Of a stretch of 64,000 nt of DNA, positions 32,791 to 40,359 are shown piece by piece (positions within the stretch are counted from its first letter, which is position 1; every line of letters begins with the position of its first letter). The notes beneath the pieces are model-generated. The model had not been told where the DNA came from. It made no database searches and saw only the letters and a list, made by a program, of their open reading frames with translations. Origin of the DNA: Elusimicrobiota bacterium (GTDB taxonomy: Bacteria; Elusimicrobiota; Elusimicrobia; Elusimicrobiales; UBA9959). Made by a program: the position numbers and the translations under genes. The DNA lies in contig JAINCQ010000028.1 of assembly GCA_036574205.1 (NCBI GenBank), forward strand, positions 103,554-167,553, in the 5' to 3' direction.

Positions 32791-33681
32791 ATGTCTTTTG
32801 AGAATTTAGTTGAGGAGTTTTCATCTTATATATTGCTTGAAAAAAACCTATCTAAAAACACCAAACTTTCATATACCCGCGATATAAAAATGTTTCTTGA
32901 TTACTGCGACAAAAAAGGTGTTGATTTTTTTAACATAAAGCCAGATGTTTTAGAAAAATATCTTTTTTCACTTAAAGAGAGCGGATATAAGCTTTCAAGT
33001 ATTTTTCGCAAAGTTGAATCTATAAGGGCATTTTACAAATTTCTTTTAATAACAGATAAGATAAAAGAAAATCCTCTGGCTCATTTTAGACCTCCGCGCC
33101 TTGAAAAGAAACTTCCTGAGTTCTTATCTAATAATGATATTCAAAAAATTTTTTCACATTTTTCAGGTGAGAAATTCAATCTTTTAAGAACCTTTGCTGC
33201 TATAGATCTTTTGTACTCAAGTGGTATAAGGGTAAGTGAGCTTGCTGACCTTGTGATTGAAGGGGTTAATTTGTCTCAGTTATGGATAAGGGTTAAAGGG
33301 AAAGGTGGCAAAGAGAGGATAGTTCCTATAAACGAAAATACAGCAAATCTTTTAAAACTATATATCTCTGAAAGAGAGTTAAAGTTTTCATCAAAGGAAA
33401 CCGACTCAAATCTTTTTCTCAATAAATCTGGGAAAAAAATGAGTCGTATTCAAATCTGGAAGGATATAAAAAAAATAGCAAAAGAAGCAGGGATTGAAAA
33501 AAATATTTATCCTCATATATTCCGTCATACATTTGCCACTCATATGCTTTTGGGAGGGGCAGATTTAAGATCTATAGCCGAAATGCTCGGACATTCAAGC
33601 CTTTTAACCACACAGATATACACCCATTTAGACAACTCTGCCTTGAAAGCAATGCATAAAAAATATCACCCGAGAGGATAA
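32791..33681 (+). CDS. xerD: Site-specific tyrosine recombinase XerD/XerC
   Basis: SGIRVSEL, GKGGKER, HIFRHTFATH, LGHSSLLTTQIYTH, C-terminal HPRG. Confidence 0.88.
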   Translation: MSFENLVEEFSSYILLEKNLSKNTKLSYTRDIKMFLDYCDKKGVDFFNIKPDVLEKYLFSLKESGYKLSSIFRKVESIRAFYKFLLITDKIKENPLAHFRPPRLEKKLPEFLSNNDIQKIFSHFSGEKFNLLRTFAAIDLLYSSGIRVSELADLVIEGVNLSQLWIRVKGKGGKERIVPINENTANLLKLYISERELKFSSKETDSNLFLNKSGKKMSRIQIWKDIKKIAKEAGIEKNIYPHIFRHTFATHMLLGGADLRSIAEMLGHSSLLTTQIYTHLDNSALKAMHKKYHPRG

Positions 33682-33723
33682 ATTAGTATAAAAATGCTAA
33701 AATATATTTAAAAAGGAGATTAT

Positions 33724-33948
33724 ATGAAAGAAAAAGTTGAGAAGGTGATAAATAAAATAAAACCGATGCTTGAAGCAGATGGAGGATCTATTGAGCTTAT
33801 TGATGTTGATGAAAAAAAAGGTATTGTAAAGGTTAAACTTGTTGGAGCATGCGGGGCGTGTCCTTTTTCTGTGATGACTCTAAAAAATCTGGTTGAGAAA
33901 ACAATTAAAGAAGAAGTTCCAGAAGTTAAAGAGGTTATAAGCGCCTGA
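33724..33948 (+). CDS. NifU C-terminal (Nfu) Fe-S scaffold protein
   Basis: IKPMLEADGGSIEL...GACGACP. Confidence 0.93.
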   Translation: MKEKVEKVINKIKPMLEADGGSIELIDVDEKKGIVKVKLVGACGACPFSVMTLKNLVEKTIKEEVPEVKEVISA

Positions 33949-33965
33949 TATTTTCTGTTAGAAAA

Positions 33966-34775
33966 ATGCCTTATATAAATCTCCACACCCATTCTAATTT
34001 CTCAGATGGCGTTTTAACACCGAAAGAGGTTATAAATTTTGCATTTCAAAAAGGTGTTCATTATTTTTCTTTAACAGATCATGATACGGTAAATGGGATT
34101 CTGGCTCTTTCTGATTCTGATATCAAGGGGATTAAATTTATCAAAGGTATAGAGATAAGCAGTTGTGAGCATGATTATCTTCATATTCTTGGATATAATA
34201 TAGATATAAAGAATAAAAGTTTTCTTTCTGATATAGCGGAATATCGCAGAAGAAGGATATCAAGGGTTGTTGATATTATAAAAAAGCTTAATGATGTAGG
34301 TATAGATATAAAATTTGAGGATCTTGAATTTAAAGAATCTTCAACTGTTGGAAGACCGCATATAGCCGATGCTCTGGTTAAAAAGGGTTATGGCAAAACG
34401 AGGACAGAGGTTTTTTATAAATATCTTGTTGAAGGATGCCATGCGTATGTTAAACCGAGAGGTCCGAGATTAGAGGAAGCTATAAAGACGATAAAAAATG
34501 CTGGTGGAGTCGCCGTCCTTGCTCATCCATCCACAATTGAAGGAAGTTTAAATGTGGAGGAGGTGATTAAATCCGGTTTTGACGGCATAGAGGCTTTTTA
34601 TCCGACGCATACTAATAACAAAGTAAAGAAATATCTTGGTATAGCCGCAAAATATAACCTTATCGTTACAGCTGGAACAGATTTTCATGGTCCAAAGACT
34701 GATAAAAATATTATGGATAAATTTGAATTTGATTTATCAAAACTTTTGAATATAGATAGAATTATTAATGTATGA
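33966..34775 (+). CDS. PHP-domain phosphoesterase (TrpH/YciV-like)
   Basis: LHTHSNFSDG, LTDHDT, GRPHIA, LAHP, GTDFHG. Confidence 0.92.
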   Translation: MPYINLHTHSNFSDGVLTPKEVINFAFQKGVHYFSLTDHDTVNGILALSDSDIKGIKFIKGIEISSCEHDYLHILGYNIDIKNKSFLSDIAEYRRRRISRVVDIIKKLNDVGIDIKFEDLEFKESSTVGRPHIADALVKKGYGKTRTEVFYKYLVEGCHAYVKPRGPRLEEAIKTIKNAGGVAVLAHPSTIEGSLNVEEVIKSGFDGIEAFYPTHTNNKVKKYLGIAAKYNLIVTAGTDFHGPKTDKNIMDKFEFDLSKLLNIDRIINV

Positions 34776-35779
34776 ATAAAGAAATTGAAAAAGAGATTTT
34801 AAGGCTTAAAGAAAAGGGGCTTACAAGGATCTGTGTTGAAAGCGAGATTACAAAAATTGCAGAGCTTACATTTGAAATAAATAAACTTAAAAAGGAAAAA
34901 AAGGCTGTAATAGCCGCTCATGTATATCAAAGACCTGAGGTAATAATAGGGGTAAGCGATTTTCATGGTGATTCTTTTAAACTTGCAAAGGATTGTGTTA
35001 ATGTTGATGCTGAGATTATAATTTTTTGCGGTGTTAGTTTTATGGCTCAAACTGCCAAGATACTAAATCCCAAAAAGCGTGTTTTTATACCTGATACTGG
35101 TGCTGGATGTAGCTTAAGCGAGTCAATAACTGTAGATGATGTTAAAAGACTAAAAAAAGAATATCCCGAAGTTCCTGTTGTAACATACATAAATACAAAT
35201 GCTGATGTAAAAGCTGAAAGCGATGTTGTTGTCACAAGCTCAAATGCAAAAAAGATTTTAGAAAAGCTTTATGAAAAGCATCAAAGAATAATATTTATCC
35301 CTGATAAATTTATGGGGGCAAATCTTGCTAAAGAGCTTGGAAAGGAAGCTGGCAGGGATTTGATTTTATGGAACGGCTCTTGCATAGTCCATGAAAAATT
35401 TAATCCAGATATAATAAAAGAATACAGAAAAAAATATCCAAATATGATGGTAATGGCTCATTCTGAATGTCCTTCTGATATAATAAAACATGTTGATTTT
35501 ATGGGTTCTACATCCCAGATGATTGAACAACTTAGATTAACAGATGCTCAAGCTTATATGCTCATAACCGAATGCGGTCTTGGGGAGCTTGCTACTACTA
35601 TGTTTCCGGAAAAAAAATTTATAGCAATGTGCAGGTTATGCCCCTATATGAAAATGATTACGCTTGAAAATATCTTATTTACCCTTAAAAACCTTCCAAA
35701 AGACAGAGAGATTTTTGTAGATGAGAAAATTGCAGAAAAAGCAAAGGCTTCACTTTACAAAATGTTTGAATTTTCGTAG
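34772..35779 (+). CDS. nadA: Quinolinate synthase A
   Basis: AHVYQ, FCGVSFMA, AGCSL, TYIN, CIVH, HSEC, CPYMK. Confidence 0.95.
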   Translation: MNKEIEKEILRLKEKGLTRICVESEITKIAELTFEINKLKKEKKAVIAAHVYQRPEVIIGVSDFHGDSFKLAKDCVNVDAEIIIFCGVSFMAQTAKILNPKKRVFIPDTGAGCSLSESITVDDVKRLKKEYPEVPVVTYINTNADVKAESDVVVTSSNAKKILEKLYEKHQRIIFIPDKFMGANLAKELGKEAGRDLILWNGSCIVHEKFNPDIIKEYRKKYPNMMVMAHSECPSDIIKHVDFMGSTSQMIEQLRLTDAQAYMLITECGLGELATTMFPEKKFIAMCRLCPYMKMITLENILFTLKNLPKDREIFVDEKIAEKAKASLYKMFEFS

Positions 35780-35804
35780 TTGAAAAGAAGATATTTAAGG
35801 GGGA

Positions 35805-35927
35805 GTTTAGCGGAAAATTTTTGTCAATGAAAAGCTAAATTTTTTGTATAATTTTAATAATAGTTCTCTAAAATATGATGGGATTAGCGGAAAAATGCAT
35901 TTTTTCCCTGAGTAAATCCTGCCCGCA
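35805..35927 (+). promoter_or_regulatory. CRISPR leader, copy 1
   Basis: 35863-35927 is identical (65 bp) to 37767-37831, with looser similarity for another ~55 bp upstream including a TATAAT (35847-35852); abuts the first repeat. Confidence 0.8.
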
Positions 35928-36190
35928 GTCGGAAAACTGGACCCGCTTTAAAGGGGATTGAGACGTCACAAGGACGGCCACCACAATTCGTAAGGTTCTG
36001 CTGTCGGAAAACTGGACCCGCTTTAAAGGGGATTGAGACTCAAGGAACCTCGTCACAAACCTTTTATAATCGTCATACGTCGGAAAACTGGACCCGCTTT
36101 AAAGGGGATTGAGACAAAACTAAATCAACTGCATTCCCATTATATGTTTGGAAGTCGGAAAACTGGACCCGCTTTAAAGGGGATTGCAAC
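35928..36190 (+). CRISPR. CRISPR array 1: four 37-bp repeats GTCGGAAAACTGGACCCGCTTTAAAGGGGATTGAGAC, three spacers (38, 39, 38 bp); last repeat ends ATTGCAAC
   Basis: Repeats at 35928, 36003, 36079 and 36154; unique spacers. Orientation inferred from the leader, the ATTGAGAC 3' end and the degenerate terminal repeat. Confidence 0.97.
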
Positions 36191-36263
36191 TACGTAGGTT
36201 CGAATCCTAAAAAGGAATTGGGAGAATTTAAAACCAGGACTGACCGGGGCGGTCAGTCCGGTT
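36191..36263 (+). repeat. CRISPR trailer, copy 1 (tRNA T-arm-like fragment plus GC hairpin)
   Basis: 73 bp identical to 37944-38016; contains TACGTAGGTTCGAATCCTA and GGACTGACCG-GGG-CGGTCAGTCC (36237-36259). Confidence 0.92.
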
Positions 36264-36294
36264 GAAAGGATTTGAAATAGATATATGTGATATT

Positions 36295-36346
36295 TATCCT
36301 TGACAGAAGGATAAAAATGTTATATTATATCCTTTTTAAAAGGATA
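36295..36346 (+). promoter_or_regulatory. Sigma70 promoter overlapped by two TATCCT-N7-AGGATA palindromes
   Basis: TTGACA 36300-36305, 17-bp spacer, TATTAT 36323-36328; palindromes at 36295-36313 and 36328-36346. Confidence 0.75.
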
Positions 36347-36350
36347 AAAA

Positions 36351-37646
36351 ATGATAAGCAAGCAAATCCTTAAAGAAATAATTATTTCAAATGAAGAATT
36401 TATATTAAATAGAATAACCAATGTTATCCCCCGTAAAGGACTTTTTTTCCCAGAAACATTAAAAAAGGTGGTAATTCTCTATGGGATTCGCCGTAGCGGC
36501 AAAACATATATACTCTATGATTTATTTAAGAAGCATAAAGATACTGCATTATATATAGATTTTGAAGATGAAAGATTGAGTGATTTTAAGATTTCTGATT
36601 TTGAGGTATTGAAGGAAGCATTTTTAGAACTAAAACCTGAAGTATTAAAAAAGAATATAGTTTTTTTATTAGATGAGATTCATAATATAAAAGGCTGGGA
36701 AAAATTTATAAGAAGAATTGTGGAAAAAGATAATTTTAAGGTATTTATAACCGGTTCATCCTCAAGAATGATGCCCAAAGAGATTCAAACATCGCTTAGA
36801 GGAAGATCATGGAGTATTGAGATTACTCCTTTTTCTTTTAAAGAAAGTTTATTTATTAAAAATATTGATGCTGAAAGCAAAGACATTGTTTATGGAAGTG
36901 AGAAATACAGGATAAAAAAATATTTTTCTGATTATCTAAAATGGGGCGGTTTTCCAGAAGTTTTATTGGTTGAGTCGGATTTTGAGAAAAGAAAAATTAT
37001 TAAAGAGTATCTGGATGCAATGTTTTTTAAGGATCTGGTTGAAAGATTTAATATTACTAACATTACTCTTTTATCTGTATTAATGGAAAATCTTTTTTCA
37101 TCTTTTTCATCAAAATTTTCATTAAATTCTTTTTATAAACAGTATAAGCAGAAATTGCCTTTTTCAAAAGACACATTATTTTTGTATTATAAATATTTTC
37201 TTGATAGCATGCTTGTTTTTGAAATAAAAAAGTTTTCTGAATCTCCATATAAGAGAGTCAGAAATCCTGGGAAAATATATGTTGTTGATAGCGGAATTTG
37301 TAGAAAAGTTACCTCTGATGATTTGGGAAGGATAGTGGAAAATGTTGTTTTTCTTGAATTAAGAAAACAGGGAGAGGTTTTCTATTTTGAAGAAGAAAAA
37401 GAGTGCGATTTTATATTGAAGGATTTTAATAATAATTTTATGCCTTATCAGGTAGTTTATGAGCTTAATAGCGACAATGAAGAAAGAGAAATAAAAGGGC
37501 TTGTTGATGCATGTAGGTATTTTTCAAAACGTAATGGAATAATTTTAACATTTGATCAAAGTGGAAGTAGAAAGGTTGATGGAATTAACATTGAGATACT
37601 TCCTGTATGGCAATGGCTATTATTGAATGATAGAGATTATGAGTAG
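36351..37646 (+). CDS. AAA_14 ATPase with C-terminal DUF4143 (restriction-endonuclease-like) domain
   Basis: Walker A GIRRSGKT, Walker B FLLDEIH, ITGSS, LRGR, GGFPE, KIYVVDSG, ENVV, ECDFI...YQV. Confidence 0.9.
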   Translation: MISKQILKEIIISNEEFILNRITNVIPRKGLFFPETLKKVVILYGIRRSGKTYILYDLFKKHKDTALYIDFEDERLSDFKISDFEVLKEAFLELKPEVLKKNIVFLLDEIHNIKGWEKFIRRIVEKDNFKVFITGSSSRMMPKEIQTSLRGRSWSIEITPFSFKESLFIKNIDAESKDIVYGSEKYRIKKYFSDYLKWGGFPEVLLVESDFEKRKIIKEYLDAMFFKDLVERFNITNITLLSVLMENLFSSFSSKFSLNSFYKQYKQKLPFSKDTLFLYYKYFLDSMLVFEIKKFSESPYKRVRNPGKIYVVDSGICRKVTSDDLGRIVENVVFLELRKQGEVFYFEEEKECDFILKDFNNNFMPYQVVYELNSDNEEREIKGLVDACRYFSKRNGIILTFDQSGSRKVDGINIEILPVWQWLLLNDRDYE

Positions 37647-37707
37647 TAAGGGGGGATAAATCTTTGTAAGGTTTTTTTGAGTCTTTTAGTCTTGAGTAGG
37701 TTTTACT

Positions 37708-37831
37708 GGTTAGAAAAAAGAATTTTCTCAATGAAAAACTGAATTTTTGGTATAATTTTAGTAGTGGTTCTCTAAAATATGATGGGATTAGCGGAAAAAT
37801 GCATTTTTTCCCTGAGTAAATCCTGCCCGCA
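37708..37831 (+). promoter_or_regulatory. CRISPR leader, copy 2
   Basis: Near-duplicate of leader 1; contains TGGTATAAT (extended -10 like). Confidence 0.8.
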
Positions 37832-37943
37832 GTCGGAAAACTGGACCCGCTTTAAAGGGGATTGAGACTAAGTTAGTATCCATCTTTCATCTCCTTTTTT
37901 TAAAATGTCGGAAAACTGGACCCGCTTTAAAGGGGATTGCAAC
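37832..37943 (+). CRISPR. CRISPR mini-array 2: two repeats, one 38-bp spacer; last repeat ends ATTGCAAC
   Basis: Repeats at 37832-37868 and 37907-37943, identical to the array 1 consensus and terminal repeats; spacer TAAGTTAGTATCCATCTTTCATCTCCTTTTTTTAAAAT. Confidence 0.93.
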
Positions 37944-38016
37944 TACGTAGGTTCGAATCCTAAAAAGGAATTGGGAGAATTTAAAACCAGGACTGACCGG
38001 GGCGGTCAGTCCGGTT
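37944..38016 (+). repeat. CRISPR trailer, copy 2
   Basis: Identical to 36191-36263; identity stops right after the hairpin (…GTCCGGTT). Confidence 0.92.
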
Positions 38017-38129
38017 AGTGTGGAGAGGGGTTTGTTAGAGTAAGAAAAATATTTTTGCTGATATGTTGGTTTAATTTTGATAGCTTTATATATACGTAAA
38101 AAGCAAGATTTTTTAAGTTATTAAATATT

Positions 38130-39104
38130 TTAATTTTCGTAGTTGATTTCTGAAATTATTTTTTTTGCTTCAGTTATGCTTTTGGCTTTCATAAATTTGG
38201 CTCTTGTCATTGCAGCATTAGGAAAGCCACTTAACCATAGCCCGGCAAGCCTTCGTGATTTTATAAGAGCATCCCTTTCTCCAAAGATTTGTTCTGATAT
38301 TTCAAGATAGCGAATAAAAGTTGATATTTTTTTTGAAAGACTGACTTGTGTTTTTTCTTTTTTTAAAAGAAATTCTTTTATATCAGAAAATATAAAGGGA
38401 TTTGAAATTGCAGCCCTTGCTATAGATATTGCATCACATCCAGTTTTTTCAAACATTTCAATTGCTTTTTCAACTGAGTTTATTCCGCCATTTGCTATAA
38501 GGGGTATTTTTATTATGGATTTTATTTTTGCCGCTGTTTCAAAATCAATACTTCCGCTATGATACTGATTTGCAGTTCTTAAATGAATATGTATAACACC
38601 TGCTCCAGCATTTTCAAGGTCTTTTGATAAGGTAATTGCAGTTTTGTGTTTCTCATCTAAGCCAATTCGAATTTTAACTGATACTGGAATTTGAAGTTTT
38701 GATGCAAGTGTTTCAGTTATTTTACATAGTATATGTGGGTTTTTCATCAGTGAAACGCCAGCTCCAGTTTTAATAACCTTTTTAACAGGACATCCAGCAT
38801 TTATTTCTATCATATCTGCATCATTTTCCACACAGAGATTTGCTGCTTCAAGCATTGTGATTTCATCGCTTCCAAATAGCTGGATGGCTATTGGTTTGTC
38901 ATCTCTAATTTTTATAGCCTGTAAGGATTTTTTATTTCTATGTGAAAGCGCTTTTGCTGAAACCATTTCTGAAATTATAAAATCGCATCCATTTTCAAGA
39001 AGTATTTTTCTAAAAGGATAGTTTGTAATTTCAGCCATTGGAGCTAAAAATAGGTTTCCAGTTTTAAGTTTGCCTATGTTTATGGATTTTAATAACATTT
39101 TCAA
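38130..39104 (-). CDS. dusB: tRNA-dihydrouridine synthase
   Basis: LAPMA, IQLFG, INAGCP, VSVKIRIG, IANGGI. Confidence 0.9.
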   Translation of the reverse strand: MKMLLKSINIGKLKTGNLFLAPMAEITNYPFRKILLENGCDFIISEMVSAKALSHRNKKSLQAIKIRDDKPIAIQLFGSDEITMLEAANLCVENDADMIEINAGCPVKKVIKTGAGVSLMKNPHILCKITETLASKLQIPVSVKIRIGLDEKHKTAITLSKDLENAGAGVIHIHLRTANQYHSGSIDFETAAKIKSIIKIPLIANGGINSVEKAIEMFEKTGCDAISIARAAISNPFIFSDIKEFLLKKEKTQVSLSKKISTFIRYLEISEQIFGERDALIKSRRLAGLWLSGFPNAAMTRAKFMKAKSITEAKKIISEINYEN

Positions 39105-39844
39105 AATTGAATCAAATAGTTTCCATCGTGTGAGAGAGTGAAGTCTTTTAAATCTCTTTTTTCAATAAGCCTTATCTCTGATTTTGGGGCGTTTATTTTT
39201 TTAAGAACTGATAGTTGATATTCAAATGCTGCTGCTTCTATATTATAAAGATCGTCAAATTTTTTAAACTCTTTTCCAAAAGGATTTGCAAATCTCATGT
39301 CTATTTTGTTTTTACCAGGTGGGGGGATGTCTTTTTTGTCTTTTTGTTTTTTCGTTATTAGATAATATCCATGCCATCCCTGATGTGCTAAAATTGATGC
39401 CAGAAAGGTAAGTGAGGAGTTTAGATATTTATCCTGTGATATTTCAATAACAGGTTTTTCTCCATCAAAGATAAAGCCTGTTCTGTTTGACTGCCTTATT
39501 TCAAATATATATCTTCTTATCATAGTAAAACTATTTTCTTTATCATATAGCCATAAAAGCCTTAATGAATCTTTTATTTTGGATTTAAAATCTTCTTCTC
39601 CAGATATTATAAGCGCTGATGAGTATGTTTTGTCTGTAAAGTTACTCTTATCAGAATTGTTGGAAAAATTATCCTCATAGTTTATCTCTAAATCTTTTTT
39701 TTGAGCATCTTTTTTGTGAAACTCAAGTTCTTTTTTTGATTTTAAATCAATAAGCGAAATATTACTTTTATATATTTTGTATAACACTCTAGCGCCAAAA
39801 ATTAGAAGTGGCAAAACTCCAAAAAACAGTGCCTTTTTATTCAT
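39101..39844 (-). CDS. Hypothetical membrane-anchored protein with degenerate zincin-like motif (HQGWH)
   Basis: N-terminal TM segment; LASILAHQGWH...EAAAF. Confidence 0.65.
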   Translation of the reverse strand: MNKKALFFGVLPLLIFGARVLYKIYKSNISLIDLKSKKELEFHKKDAQKKDLEINYEDNFSNNSDKSNFTDKTYSSALIISGEEDFKSKIKDSLRLLWLYDKENSFTMIRRYIFEIRQSNRTGFIFDGEKPVIEISQDKYLNSSLTFLASILAHQGWHGYYLITKKQKDKKDIPPPGKNKIDMRFANPFGKEFKKFDDLYNIEAAAFEYQLSVLKKINAPKSEIRLIEKRDLKDFTLSHDGNYLIQF

Positions 39845-40241
39845 TATAAGCTTTTAGATATGACTTATAAAAAGCATCCAATTCTTTGGAAGGATCTTCA
39901 AATTCTATTATGTGTTTTTTACATCCTCTCCTTGAGCATATCTGAACCTGTCCACCATCTTTTAAGTCAAAGGCTACCATCTGGGCATTACATATATCAC
40001 ATTTTCTTGTGCTTTTTAAATCTGCATCACAATGTGGGCATCTAAATCCTGCAATTTTTCCGCGAGGGACTTCTATCCCGCTTTCTATGTTATAACTTCC
40101 GTATAATGAGCTAAGATAAAGCATTGATTTTTTACCGGCATATGTAAGTTTTACTGCGATTGCTGGCTTTTTATCTATAAGTTTCTTTTTATCAATAAGG
40201 GTCTTACCACAATGCGGACATTTTACATTAACGGTTATCAT
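39837..40241 (-). CDS. Cys-rich zinc-ribbon protein
   Basis: CPHC, CPHC, CDIC, CSRRGCKKH; AGGAG RBS. Confidence 0.75.
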   Translation of the reverse strand: MITVNVKCPHCGKTLIDKKKLIDKKPAIAVKLTYAGKKSMLYLSSLYGSYNIESGIEVPRGKIAGFRCPHCDADLKSTRKCDICNAQMVAFDLKDGGQVQICSRRGCKKHIIEFEDPSKELDAFYKSYLKAYNE

Positions 40242-40359
40242 AATCTCTCCTTCTTTTGTAAACCTTTTAATTTATATTATAACAGTTAAATATACTCATT
40301 GGCAATAAGTTGTAAGTATTCTCAAGACACATAATAACTTTCTTATGTTTAAAGGATAT

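Noticed and set aside
32791..33681. Tyrosine recombinase as integrase for the CRISPR cassette or R-M island
   Set aside because: Size, motifs (C-terminal HPR) and position after recA fit housekeeping XerD/XerC; three core genes separate it from the arrays.
33705..33730. Self-target of the array 2 spacer at the nifU RBS (TTTAAAAAGGAGAT)
   Set aside because: The match is limited to a generic A-run plus Shine-Dalgarno sequence; the rest does not align.
35868..36056. 62-aa minus-strand ORF with a repeated peptide
   Set aside because: Translation of the CRISPR repeats and spacers.
36190..36263. Possible tRNA gene after the arrays
   Set aside because: Only a T-arm-like piece is present; no acceptor stem, D arm, anticodon arm or CCA.
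36351..37646. Inter-array gene as a known Cas protein
   Set aside because: Motifs are AAA_14/DUF4143; I see no Cas1, Cas3, RAMP, RuvC or HEPN signature.
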